NCBI GenBank assembly: GCA_963791045.1
Contig: CAWBQK010000007.1
Span: 96,001 to 160,000 of the forward strand
Direction of reading: 5' to 3'
Length of the DNA: 64,000 nt
DNA from: Candidatus Latescibacterota bacterium
GTDB lineage: Bacteria; Krumholzibacteriota; Krumholzibacteriia; WVZY01
In this document: piece after piece, positions 29,427 to 39,224 of the stretch
How positions within the stretch are numbered: the first letter of the stretch is position 1
Layout: each line of letters opens with the position of its first letter
Notes under the pieces: model-generated
Databases searched by the model: none
What the model was told of the DNA's origin: nothing
What the model saw: only the letters and a program-made list of their open reading frames with translations
Program-made: the position numbers and the translations under genes

Positions 29427-31537
29427 GCCCTTCCGCCGAAGTCTCGGTTGTTATCGTCAGTTACAACAGCCGGTCCGTTCTCGGTCCGTGTCTTGAGTCG
29501 CTGAAGGCTCAAGCCTACGCGGGAAAGACCGAAGTTATTGTCGTCGACAACGCGAGCTCCGACGGGACACCGGGGATGGTCAGAGATGAGCACCCATGGG
29601 TCAAGCTGATTGCCGGACGCAAAAACGTCGGATTCTCAAAAGGCGTTAATTTGGGGATCCAGGAGGCGAAAGGCGATTTCTTCCTGATTCTGAACCCGGA
29701 CACGGTGCTGCGTGAAGACTCCCTCGATACGCTTCTCGAATTCATGAAGCAGACCCCCAAGGCGGGGATTGTCGGGCCGAAGCTTGTTTACCACGACGGA
29801 AACCTTCAACACTCGTGCCGGCGATTCTATACATGGAAAGTCCTTGTTCTCCGCCGCACGTTTTTAGGAAAAATCTTCCCGAATTCGTCCGCCGTATCCG
29901 AACACCTCATGAAAGACTTCGACCACAACACCATCAGGGAGGTGGACTGGCTTCTCGGCGCGTGCCTGCTTGTACGCCGGGAGGCGGTAGAATCGGTGGG
30001 TCTTCTCGATGAGAGATTTTTCCTCTATTTTGAAGATGTGGATTGGTGTTACCGGATGGAGCAAAAGGGATGGAAGGTCTACTACAATCCCGATTCGGTG
30101 GTCGTTCACAACTACGCGCGTGATAGCGCGCAATCGGTGATCAACCGGTCTTTTGTAGCGCATCTCGCGAGCCTTATCAGGTACTACGACAAGTGGAACT
30201 CGGTTTTCTATTTCCTCAAGAAATACCGGGAAGTCATAAAGATACTCATGTTTCTGATGGTGGACCTGGCGGCATTCAACCTGGCGTTTATCGCGGCGTA
30301 TTACGTGCGGGTGGCGTTCGGTGATGTTCTGACCAATCCTATCTTTCCGATTGGCGCGTACACGAGATTCGTGTTCTTTGAGAATCTGCTTTTTATATTT
30401 ACCTACTTTGCCATCGGTCTCTACCGGATCCGGCGGGACACGTCGCCGGTCGATGAATTATTCCAGATTATACGCGCGATCGTGCTTGCGTCGATATTGT
30501 TGATGACGAGTACCTACCTCAGCCAGGTTCGTACGTACTCGCGCATGGTTGTGGTGTTTCTCGTCCCTTGCGCTGTGGTGTTCGATTGGATACTGAGAAC
30601 CGCGGTGCGGAAGTTCCACAGAATGCTCCTCACCCAGAAGATCGATCTCAAACGGGTGTGCATCGTCGGTCCCGCTGAAGCGGCGAGGGAACTCGAAGCC
30701 CGCCTGCTGGGCGACCCCGCCCTGGGCATCGACGTGGTCGGTGTCGTGACCCCCGATGAATCCGCGGAGAGGGACGCCGGGAGTCTCGGGTCTCTCGACG
30801 ATCTCGATGAGATTATCGGCGCGTATCGAATACAGGAACTTATTTTTCTCCCCAACGTGGCTTCCGACGACCGCATTGCCGAGTATGTAACGCTGGGGCG
30901 CCGGCGCGTGCTCGACGTGACCGTGCTCACCGACTACTCAGGTCTCGTTATCAGGCAGGCGACGGTGGCCGACCTGGCGGGCCGGCCGGTCATCGCTTAC
31001 CAGCGCGATACACGATATGCGCTCGACCGAATGGCCAAACGATTTCTGGACATACTGTTAGGGCTTGTTTTTCTCGTGGTTTCGATACCGTTCTCTGTGG
31101 TATACTTCCTTTACACTTCTTTGCGGGGTGGGGTGCCCTTTACCGGAGAGAAAAGGCTCGGTTTGGGCGGTGAAGCCTTCGTTCTACCTTTATCTGGCGA
31201 CGGGAGTTCAGACGGCCCCTCTGATATAGTCAATTTACCCCTCTTCTGGTTAGTGATTAAAGGAAAGATGAGTATGGTCGGACCATACGCTTTCCCCGAA
31301 AACGATGTCGGCGCTCTGAGCGAATCGGCAAAATTCCGGTTTGGCGTGCGCCCGGGGGTAACTGGCTACTGGCGTGTTGGGCCGAGCGAGGACGTATCGC
31401 TCGAAGATTTACTTGCCCAGGATGCCAACTACGTGAGGAACTGGTCCCTGGTCCAGGACCTCAAATTATTGATGATGTCGCTGGGGAAAATCTTTTCCGG
31501 AAAAAAGCGGAACCCTGAGCTTAGATACCCCGACTAA
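29378..31537 (+). CDS. GT2 (WbbL-like) fused to a WcaJ/WbaP-like membrane and degenerate phosphoglycosyltransferase domain
   Basis: VDNASSDG, LNPD, GACLLVRR, DERFFLYFEDVD; TMs; KRFLDI, GKMSMVGP, RPGVTG, YVRNWSLVQDL; start uncertain (29378-29423). Confidence 0.85.
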   Translation: METQAGFAFQKRPEELSPSAEVSVVIVSYNSRSVLGPCLESLKAQAYAGKTEVIVVDNASSDGTPGMVRDEHPWVKLIAGRKNVGFSKGVNLGIQEAKGDFFLILNPDTVLREDSLDTLLEFMKQTPKAGIVGPKLVYHDGNLQHSCRRFYTWKVLVLRRTFLGKIFPNSSAVSEHLMKDFDHNTIREVDWLLGACLLVRREAVESVGLLDERFFLYFEDVDWCYRMEQKGWKVYYNPDSVVVHNYARDSAQSVINRSFVAHLASLIRYYDKWNSVFYFLKKYREVIKILMFLMVDLAAFNLAFIAAYYVRVAFGDVLTNPIFPIGAYTRFVFFENLLFIFTYFAIGLYRIRRDTSPVDELFQIIRAIVLASILLMTSTYLSQVRTYSRMVVVFLVPCAVVFDWILRTAVRKFHRMLLTQKIDLKRVCIVGPAEAARELEARLLGDPALGIDVVGVVTPDESAERDAGSLGSLDDLDEIIGAYRIQELIFLPNVASDDRIAEYVTLGRRRVLDVTVLTDYSGLVIRQATVADLAGRPVIAYQRDTRYALDRMAKRFLDILLGLVFLVVSIPFSVVYFLYTSLRGGVPFTGEKRLGLGGEAFVLPLSGDGSSDGPSDIVNLPLFWLVIKGKMSMVGPYAFPENDVGALSESAKFRFGVRPGVTGYWRVGPSEDVSLEDLLAQDANYVRNWSLVQDLKLLMMSLGKIFSGKKRNPELRYPD

Positions 31538-31557
31538 CAACGCGAGAAGCAGAATCT

Positions 31558-33951
31558 ATGAAAACGGAAACCGCCCTCAAGCTTTCCTTTGTGTTCATAT
31601 TCATCTCGATCGTGTTCGGGTCCTTCGGCGTGAGCCCCGCCCAAACGGGCAAGTGGGTGAGCTATGTCGATCCCAGCATGATCTCCGAGATCGCCCTTCA
31701 GCAAGATGAACTATACCTCGCCACCACCGGCGGGTTGTTGATCTATCGTCCCGGCGATTCGTCGTTCGAGCAATTCACCAATACCGCCGGACTGCCGTCA
31801 AATTATCTTACATGCCTCTTGTTCGACAAGGGAGACCGGTTGTGGATCGGGACGGAGACATCCGGTATTGCGAGGCTCGATCAGTCGGCGGGCGGGTTTG
31901 ACGTGACCTCGCTGTCATCGACGTTTCATGGTCTGACCGATGACCGGATCACCGACCTGGCCGAATGGGGCGACACTCTTGTTTACGCGACGAAAATGGG
32001 AATGGGTCTCATAATAAAGGATTTTCCCGGCCCGAGGTTTTTTGAACGCGACGGGCTGCCGAGCGAACTGGTTCACGCGGTGTTTCCCGACGGCGACCGT
32101 GTGTGGGTGGCCACCGATGAAGGGCTGGTTTTTCTGGACAAGTTTGGGTTTATCCAAAACCCAACCGACACATCGTTTGCCTGTTATGCAATCGCGAAAA
32201 CGGATACGGCGATCTGGGTCGGAACCGACACCGGGGTCGCATACCTTAAGCAAGGGTCCGAAGACTGGGTGCATACGCAGCTCGAGCCGGATCCGCGGCC
32301 TGTGTTTTCTTTGGCGTACGACGGCGCCGGAGGCAAGCTGTGGGCGGGAGCGCGTGCCCGTTTCTACTGGTATGACGGGGCCGTTTGGGAAAAGAACGAC
32401 ATCTTTGGTCTTTACGGAACCTATGCATTGAACAATCGAATCTGCGAACTCCGCGGACTTCAGCCGATGCCCGACGGTTCGCTCTTTCTTGGCGGCGGCG
32501 ATCCCGTATCTCAACGGCGCGGCGTCCACCTCGTATTCTTTGACGGCGCCGAGAAGACACAGATTCCATTCAATGGAATCATTATGAACGGCCTTCTGCG
32601 AATCAACTTTGACCTGGACGAGTCGCTGTGGATCTCGACGGCGAACTTTGGTGTAGCCAAGTTTACGCCGGATGGTGACTGGTTCGCCTACAACTCGGTA
32701 ACGGGCGATACGGATATGACGTCGCGATTCAACCTCTCGCTTCTCGCCGACTCGCAAGGATCGAAATGGTTTTGCACTCTCTCGTATCCGGCCAACCCCA
32801 AACCGATCGATGAACTCGATGACGGTCTCGACACCGACTACGAAAATGACGTATGGGCGCACTACGGGATTGGCGACGGCGGCGGGGACGGACTCGGATC
32901 GGTCCGCAACCAGGACGCGACCGAAGACCCGGTGGGAAATCGATGGTTCCTCTCGGACGAGGATTCCGAGAACGCCCCGGGCTGGTGGGGAATCAACATA
33001 CTGAGCCGGGACAAATCGGCATGGCGCCAGATCAACCCGGTGACGACCGATCCCAGCGGGCAGCTCGGCGGGATGAAAGCCGGGAATGTGACGGACGTCG
33101 CCTTTGGTCCGGAGGGGCTGGTCTACGTCGGGCTGAAAGGGTACGGCGTACAGTTGTGGGTTACCGGCGGCCTCGATCAGGACAATCTCTTTGATCTTAC
33201 CGACGACAATTGGTTGACGATCGCGCGAGTGGGAGATCGGAACGGCATCGAATCCGGGGCCAGCATACTCTCCCTCGCCCTGCGCGACGACGGTGTGTTG
33301 TGGATCGGCACCGATGCTGGAATCTACCGGTATCAGAGCGGCACGCTGATCCACATTGCAGCCAATCGCGGGTTCGGAGTCGGACTTCTCGGGACCAACG
33401 CCAACGATCTCGTTCTCGATCGAGGGGACAATCTTTGGGTTGGGACGGATCTCGGGCTCAATCGGATCGCCAGCGATAACATTAACGACATTGCGTCTTA
33501 TACGACGCCGATCATCTGGCAAACACAACTGAGCTTGTTTTTCCCGCCGACAGTCGTGTCTCCGATCGTGGATGCTTATTGCGAGCGACTCGCGTTGCAC
33601 CCTTCGGAGGATCTGCTGTACATCGCCACACGCAACGGACTTTCTAAACTGGATATCGCCGCGCTGGAGAACAGGGAAACGGACCTGTCGAAGGTCTACG
33701 TCTACCCGAATCCGGTGAGCGCCGCCAAGGGGCATGTATCGCTCAAGATCGCAAATATCAACACTGAAGTTGATGTGGAGATTTATACGCTCGAAGGTGA
33801 ATTGGTCCATACGCAGCGTGTGAGCGAATCCGAGGAGGCGGTATGGGATTTGACCACAAAGACGGGTTTTCTCGCCTCGAGCGGCGTCTATGTGGTACGC
33901 ATCACCGGTTCCGAGGGGACTGTCGTCAAGATGGTGTCACTGATCCGTTAG
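31558..33951 (+). CDS. PorZ-like beta-propeller protein with T9SS type A-like C-terminal domain
   Basis: Signal peptide; repeated GLPSN/LWIGT/WVATDEG propeller motifs; C-terminus VYVYPNPV...IYTLEGELV...WDL...SSGVYVV...KMVSLIR. Confidence 0.75.
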   Translation: MKTETALKLSFVFIFISIVFGSFGVSPAQTGKWVSYVDPSMISEIALQQDELYLATTGGLLIYRPGDSSFEQFTNTAGLPSNYLTCLLFDKGDRLWIGTETSGIARLDQSAGGFDVTSLSSTFHGLTDDRITDLAEWGDTLVYATKMGMGLIIKDFPGPRFFERDGLPSELVHAVFPDGDRVWVATDEGLVFLDKFGFIQNPTDTSFACYAIAKTDTAIWVGTDTGVAYLKQGSEDWVHTQLEPDPRPVFSLAYDGAGGKLWAGARARFYWYDGAVWEKNDIFGLYGTYALNNRICELRGLQPMPDGSLFLGGGDPVSQRRGVHLVFFDGAEKTQIPFNGIIMNGLLRINFDLDESLWISTANFGVAKFTPDGDWFAYNSVTGDTDMTSRFNLSLLADSQGSKWFCTLSYPANPKPIDELDDGLDTDYENDVWAHYGIGDGGGDGLGSVRNQDATEDPVGNRWFLSDEDSENAPGWWGINILSRDKSAWRQINPVTTDPSGQLGGMKAGNVTDVAFGPEGLVYVGLKGYGVQLWVTGGLDQDNLFDLTDDNWLTIARVGDRNGIESGASILSLALRDDGVLWIGTDAGIYRYQSGTLIHIAANRGFGVGLLGTNANDLVLDRGDNLWVGTDLGLNRIASDNINDIASYTTPIIWQTQLSLFFPPTVVSPIVDAYCERLALHPSEDLLYIATRNGLSKLDIAALENRETDLSKVYVYPNPVSAAKGHVSLKIANINTEVDVEIYTLEGELVHTQRVSESEEAVWDLTTKTGFLASSGVYVVRITGSEGTVVKMVSLIR

Positions 33952-33977
33952 CGGGGTTGGGTCGAGGTGGTCGGCAC

Positions 33978-34005
33978 ATGACAAAAACTGTATTTAAATT
34001 ATATT
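33978..34005 (+). promoter_or_regulatory. Possible internal promoter
   Basis: AT-rich gap with ATGACA-N16-TATATT. Confidence 0.3.
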
Positions 34006-34033
34006 GTTTCAATCGCGGGGCGTTTGCATTTCC

Positions 34034-35455
34034 ATGTCAAAACGAGTTTTAATAATCGGCGCCGGTGAAGCCGGGCGAATGGTCGCCCGCGAAATCAAGG
34101 CTACGCCGGACAGCGGTCTCGTCGTCGACGGATTTCTCGACGATGACGCGTCTTTGCACGGCAAAGAATTCGACGGTTACTCCGTTCTGGGGCCCTGTGA
34201 CAGGCTTGCCGAACTCGCCGGTCCCAGGCAAATCGACCAGGCGATTATTGCGGTTCCAACGGGCTCGCGCGATTTTGTCAGGCGGGTAATCGTGCTGTGC
34301 CGGGACGCGGGGATTTCTTTCAAGATCGTTCCCGGAGTAATAGAGATCATCGAGGGGCCCGTGCGCCTCGAACAGATTCGCGACGTGCACCCCGAGGATC
34401 TCCTCGGAAGAGAGTCGGTCGAGTTCGACGAACGCGAGATCGCAAAGGATCTCGCCGGCCGCCGTATCATGGTCACGGGCGCCGGCGGATCGATCGGTGG
34501 CGAGTTATGTCGTCAGATCGGCCGGTTCGATCTGGCTGAACTCCAGCTTCTCGGTCGCGGCGAGAACCAGATTTTTGAAATCGAACAACAGCTGCGAAGG
34601 CTTTATCCGTCACTTGCCGTTACGGCAATAATTGCGGACATCCGTGACGCCGTCGGTCTTGATCGGGTCGTAAAGCGCCACAACCCCGACTGCGTGTATC
34701 ACACCGCGGCCCACAAGCATGTTCATTACATGGAGGCGTTTCCCGTCGAAGCGGTTGTGAACAACGTGTTCGGTACGCTCAACCTTATCCGCGCGGCGCA
34801 AAACTCGCTCGTCGGCCGGGTTGTCATGATATCGACCGACAAGGCTGTCAATCCCGAAGGCGTGATGGGCGCGACCAAGCGAGTGGCCGAATTTATAATG
34901 ACGGATCTTGCCGGAGAGTCCGAGAAGACCAGGCTTCTAAGCGTTCGATTTGGAAACGTTCTTGGTAGCCGTGGAAGCGTTGTTCCGCTTTTTATGGATC
35001 AGATTCGCGCAGGCGGACCGGTTACGGTCAGCGATCCGAACGCGACGCGGTTTTTTATGTCGCTGAAGGAAGCCTGCATGCTGGTCGTTCAGGCATCCCT
35101 GATGGGCAACGGCGGCGAGATTTACGTTTTGAGAATGGGAACGCCCGTCAAGATCATGGAGATGGCCAAGGACTTGATCGCGCTCCACGGTCTTCGTCCC
35201 GGCGTCGATTTGAAGATCGATATAGTCGGGCTCCGCCCAGGTGAAAAGCTCCACGAAGATCTCACCGTGGGTGGTGAGGCGGTTACCGAATCGGCGCACA
35301 GCAATATTGTCACGGCGCATCCGACGCTTCCGGATGATTGGAATCTCGACGCCGTGCTCGGAAAATTACACGGTCTGGTAGATCAGGGAAACGAAGAAGG
35401 TATTCGTTCGTATCTGGGGGAACTGATTCCAGACTCACAGATTGTCGGGAATTGA
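34034..35455 (+). CDS. UDP-GlcNAc 4,6-dehydratase (PglF/WbpM/CapD-like), no N-terminal TM region
   Basis: IIGAGEAG, EDLLGR, GAGGSIGGEL, HTAAHKHV, STDKAVNP..VMGATKR, RFGNVLGSRGSV, RPGEKLHE. Confidence 0.92.
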   Translation: MSKRVLIIGAGEAGRMVAREIKATPDSGLVVDGFLDDDASLHGKEFDGYSVLGPCDRLAELAGPRQIDQAIIAVPTGSRDFVRRVIVLCRDAGISFKIVPGVIEIIEGPVRLEQIRDVHPEDLLGRESVEFDEREIAKDLAGRRIMVTGAGGSIGGELCRQIGRFDLAELQLLGRGENQIFEIEQQLRRLYPSLAVTAIIADIRDAVGLDRVVKRHNPDCVYHTAAHKHVHYMEAFPVEAVVNNVFGTLNLIRAAQNSLVGRVVMISTDKAVNPEGVMGATKRVAEFIMTDLAGESEKTRLLSVRFGNVLGSRGSVVPLFMDQIRAGGPVTVSDPNATRFFMSLKEACMLVVQASLMGNGGEIYVLRMGTPVKIMEMAKDLIALHGLRPGVDLKIDIVGLRPGEKLHEDLTVGGEAVTESAHSNIVTAHPTLPDDWNLDAVLGKLHGLVDQGNEEGIRSYLGELIPDSQIVGN

Positions 35456-35494
35456 TTCCGTGACGTCATAACACCAATCGAATTCGCAATCAAG

Positions 35495-36703
35495 ATGATG
35501 ACAAACAACAAAGATCTGCCGGCGGTAGAAGGGGGCGTCCCGGTTCGGGAAAGCGTCCTGCCTTTTTTCAGGCCTTCCGTCGATGAATCGGATATCGAAA
35601 GTGTTGCCGACACGATTCGTTCCGGTTGGCTCACGCTGGGGCCCGTGACCGAGTCGCTCGAAAACGAAATTCGCCGGTATATCGGCTGTTCACATGTTGT
35701 CGCGGTGAGTTCATGCAGTGCGGCGATGTTTCTCGGGCTGAAGGCGTTGGGTGTGGGGCCGTCCGATGAGGTGATTACCTCTCCATTGACCTTTGCATCC
35801 ACGGTTCACGCGATAATCCATACCGGCGCCACACCGGTGCTCGCCGATATCGAAGCGAATTCGTTTTGTATATCCCCCGACGAACTCGAGAAGAAAACCA
35901 CGGCGAAAACAAAAGCGTATCTCCCCGTCCATTTCGGCGGCCAGGCGTGCCGGATCGACGATGTCCTTTCGCTGGCGGCGGAGAAGGGGGTTCGTGTGCT
36001 CGAGGATTCCGCCCATAGTTTCGGGGCGCTCGCCGGTGGCCGCAAGGTAGGTTCCTTCGGCGATATGGCGGCCTTCAGTTTCTATGCGACAAAAAACTTT
36101 ACGTCGGGTGACGGCGGTTGTATTGCGACGGGGGACGAGGAAATCGCCGAACGTATCCGGCTCCTCTCGTACCACGGGATGTCCCGCGATGGTTGGGCGC
36201 GTTACGCCGATCGCGGATCGTGGTATTACGAGGTGACCGAGGCGGGGTTCAAATTCAACATGAGCGACGTTCTCTCGGCGCTCGGTCTTGCGCAGTTGAA
36301 GAAAATCGACTTGATGACGGATGGGCGGAGGGCGGCTGCGGAGAGGTATACGGAGCTTTTGGAGGATTCGCCGTATTTCGAACTCCCGCGGGAGCTCCCC
36401 GGCAACGCGCACACGTGGCATCTTTTTGTGATCAGAATCAACGCCGAGAAACTTCGTATCGACAGGGACGAGTTTATTCGTGCGCTGGCCGCCGAGAATA
36501 TCGGATGTTCGGTTCACTTTATACCCATATACGTTCATCCATTCTTCGAGCCGTATCGCCGATCCGGGGAATCTTTCCCGGTTTGCGATGATTTTTTCTC
36601 GAGGTGTATTTCACTTCCGATGTTCCCATCGATGGAGGATCGGGATGTCGATGATGTGGTTCGGGCTCTCACCCGGATTGCGTCGTTCTATGCGAAAGAC
36701 TGA
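35495..36703 (+). CDS. DegT/DnrJ/EryC1/StrS sugar aminotransferase
   Basis: SGWLTLGP, TFAST, PVHFGG, EDSAHS, FSFYATKN, GFKFNMSD, WHLF, SLPMFP. Confidence 0.93.
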   Translation: MMTNNKDLPAVEGGVPVRESVLPFFRPSVDESDIESVADTIRSGWLTLGPVTESLENEIRRYIGCSHVVAVSSCSAAMFLGLKALGVGPSDEVITSPLTFASTVHAIIHTGATPVLADIEANSFCISPDELEKKTTAKTKAYLPVHFGGQACRIDDVLSLAAEKGVRVLEDSAHSFGALAGGRKVGSFGDMAAFSFYATKNFTSGDGGCIATGDEEIAERIRLLSYHGMSRDGWARYADRGSWYYEVTEAGFKFNMSDVLSALGLAQLKKIDLMTDGRRAAAERYTELLEDSPYFELPRELPGNAHTWHLFVIRINAEKLRIDRDEFIRALAAENIGCSVHFIPIYVHPFFEPYRRSGESFPVCDDFFSRCISLPMFPSMEDRDVDDVVRALTRIASFYAKD

Positions 36704-37665
36704 TGCAAGTAGACCGTATTGACCGATTTTCGCCGGACCTCGATGAATTCGCCGTCAACTCCCCCGACGCGACATTTTATCATTCGAGCACATGGATCGA
36801 GTGTCTCGCCCGCGCGTTTCCCGCAATGAGGTTTGAATGCCTCGTGGCGAAAAGCGGAACGGAACTTCTCGGATATCTCCCATACTTCATAGTGAAAAAA
36901 GGACCGCTTCGAGCGGCGTGGTCGCTTCCATTTGGAACCTATGGCGGACCCGTCGTGGGCGACAACGATGAGGCGGCCCGATCACTTCTAGCCTCTTTCT
37001 GGGAGCTAAAAAAACGAGGCGGTATCCACGAGGTTGGCCTCGTGGATTTTTCGAACCGGTTTGTCGAAAGCGGATCCGGCGGAATCGAAGAAACAACGCA
37101 CATCCTTGACTTGAGCGAGGATTTCGATTCGCTCCAGGCGAGCCGTTTTGAGAAATCCAAACGGCGACAGGCGCGAAAAGCCCACCGGGAGGGCGTCCGC
37201 GTCACTGAGGCGCGTACGGTGGAAGAGGTGCTGCGGTACTATGAGATCTATGCGCGCCGAACGGAGGAGTGGAACGAACGGTTTCGTTATCCAGATCGTT
37301 TCTTTGCCGAACTCTTCGAACGGGGAAACGGTCGAGTCCGGCTTTTTCTCGCGCGCGACGGAGACGAACTCGTCGGCGGACATCTCAACTTTTATTTCAA
37401 AGATACTGTGATTGCGTGGAACGGGGTGACCGCGGGCCCCGGTGGCGGATCACAGGCGAGCACGCTGCTCTACAACGAATGTATCCGCCACGCGTGTGAA
37501 AACGGTTTCCGCTATTACAATCTTGGTGGTAGTCTCGGCAAGCAGTCGCTGGTCGAGTACAAGGAGTCAATAGGCGGTGTTCTTTTCCGGTACCGGACGG
37601 CCCGTTGGCGATCGTTGGGAGGAAAGGTGGCTTCGACATTGAAGGGATTCGTGCCGAGGCGCTGA
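36703..37665 (+). CDS. FemAB-like GNAT acyl/aminoacyl transferase
   Basis: ATFYHSSTW, SLPFGTYGG, RRQARKA, YNLGGS, LVEYKESIG. Confidence 0.8.
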   Translation: MQVDRIDRFSPDLDEFAVNSPDATFYHSSTWIECLARAFPAMRFECLVAKSGTELLGYLPYFIVKKGPLRAAWSLPFGTYGGPVVGDNDEAARSLLASFWELKKRGGIHEVGLVDFSNRFVESGSGGIEETTHILDLSEDFDSLQASRFEKSKRRQARKAHREGVRVTEARTVEEVLRYYEIYARRTEEWNERFRYPDRFFAELFERGNGRVRLFLARDGDELVGGHLNFYFKDTVIAWNGVTAGPGGGSQASTLLYNECIRHACENGFRYYNLGGSLGKQSLVEYKESIGGVLFRYRTARWRSLGGKVASTLKGFVPRR

Positions 37666-37668
37666 TAC

Positions 37669-39216
37669 ATGCAATACGATGCCGATAATCAAAGGGGAAA
37701 ATCGAGGTTTGTTTCGAACGCGGTGGCCCTCGTTTTTCAGACGGTCGTGGCCACGCTTCTCACATTGGTTCAGATCAAACTTCTCGCCAACTATCTTTCC
37801 AAAGATGACTTCGGCCTGTTCGCTTCCCTGAGAGGTTTTTCGCTTCTTCTCGCCGCGCTTGCCGCAAACGGGCTGCCCCAGCTTCTCATCCGCTTCATCC
37901 CCGTTCACGAAACCAACAAGGCGCGGAGAAACGTCCTCCGGTTCGCCGTCAGCTGTTTCGCTGGATCGACGCTTCTTCTCGTCGCGGTGGTTGCCGTCGT
38001 TCAGGTGCTGCGACGTTGGACGTTTGATTTTGTCCCATCCGACGTGCTTACCAGCGGCTTTTACATTTGGTTTTATGCGACGACCCTCGGTGTAATGCTA
38101 AAGCTCATCCTTTATGGAGGGTTGAACGGGCTGAGGCGCCTGTCGGTACAGGTGCTCCTCGAGACCCTGTCACTGGCGTTGATTTTGGGGTGGATAATTG
38201 CGGCGCGGGAAACGCTGACGATCACCGGCTTGTTCAGGATTCTCGGCGTCGTCAACCTCGTCACGGTCGTCATTGGTCTGCCGGTGTTTTTTGCCGCATT
38301 GTTCAAAACGACGGCGCCGGCAGGGGACGAACGTGCGCGGGTTTCCCGGGGTGACGGTCACGGGTATGCGTCGTATCTGTGGTGGGCGGTCGGCTTGAGC
38401 TTTGTGGCGCTGGCGTTCACGGATGTCGACCGTTACCTGCTCGCCCAGGTGATTTCACTGGAACTGCTCGCGCTCTTCCATATCGGAGCGAGGATCGCGC
38501 GCCTCGCCAACCGGATTCTCGGCGTGGCGAATCTCGCCTTTCAACCCGAAATGACACGACTGGACACCGAGGGCCGGAATGCCCGGGTCGCCCAGTCGAC
38601 GATGATTTTCCTGAAGTTCAACACCACGGTCGCGATGTTGATGGCGGCCACGATCGTCGTATTCGCGCGAGAGATAATCGTCGTTGTTGCGAGCGACGCT
38701 TACACGCCGGCGGTTCCGCTCTTGATGATCCTCGCCTTGTCTCTTCCGCTTACGACCATGACGGCGCCGATCACTTCTGTCATGAAAGCCATCGACCAGG
38801 TGAAAGAGGCGTTGTACTGCGACCTCGTCTGGGCCGCATCTTATATTGTTCTCATGTTGGCGCTCGCTCCGGCGATCGGCCTCATCGGCATCGGCTTAGC
38901 GCAGCTAATCGCCTGTCTGGCTCAGCTTTTGCTTGCCGTAACTATTTCCAGGTTGCCAATCGACAACCGTCATCTGTGGCGTTTTCTCTCGCGTTTCGTG
39001 CTGGTCACCGCCGTGTCGTTTTCGCCCGCCCTTGTGGCCGGCGAGTTGCTCGGGCTGCCGCTGGTAGCGAAGACTGCGGCTTTTGTGGTCGGCCTTCTTG
39101 TGTTTCGATGGATTCTGAGGCGGGTCGGCGTTTACGACAAGTCCGAGCGGGACGCGCTCGTCGCGCTTCTCGAAGACAGACGAATGGGAATCATCGGCAA
39201 AGTGATCGGAGTCTGA
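37669..39216 (+). CDS. Wzx/MOP-family oligosaccharide flippase
   Basis: About 12-14 TMs; LSKDDFGLF, DVDRYLL, AVPLLMIL. Confidence 0.8.
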   Translation: MQYDADNQRGKSRFVSNAVALVFQTVVATLLTLVQIKLLANYLSKDDFGLFASLRGFSLLLAALAANGLPQLLIRFIPVHETNKARRNVLRFAVSCFAGSTLLLVAVVAVVQVLRRWTFDFVPSDVLTSGFYIWFYATTLGVMLKLILYGGLNGLRRLSVQVLLETLSLALILGWIIAARETLTITGLFRILGVVNLVTVVIGLPVFFAALFKTTAPAGDERARVSRGDGHGYASYLWWAVGLSFVALAFTDVDRYLLAQVISLELLALFHIGARIARLANRILGVANLAFQPEMTRLDTEGRNARVAQSTMIFLKFNTTVAMLMAATIVVFAREIIVVVASDAYTPAVPLLMILALSLPLTTMTAPITSVMKAIDQVKEALYCDLVWAASYIVLMLALAPAIGLIGIGLAQLIACLAQLLLAVTISRLPIDNRHLWRFLSRFVLVTAVSFSPALVAGELLGLPLVAKTAAFVVGLLVFRWILRRVGVYDKSERDALVALLEDRRMGIIGKVIGV

Positions 39217-39224
39217 TCGTCTCG

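Noticed and set aside
31915-33810. 631-aa antisense ORF (also 3066-4340, 12907-14292, 14637-15764, 21658-22785)
   Set aside because: Shadow ORFs opposite well-supported genes, expected from codon bias in GC-rich DNA; no motifs
35521-35532. ops-like GGCGGTAG (also near 29983)
   Set aside because: Inside coding sequence, lacks the nnTG extension and JUMPStart context
38379-39224. Long N-terminal extension of the GT4 ORF (similar extensions at 40300, 44321, 46923)
   Set aside because: Out-of-frame overlap with the upstream gene; family homology starts at the downstream start codon
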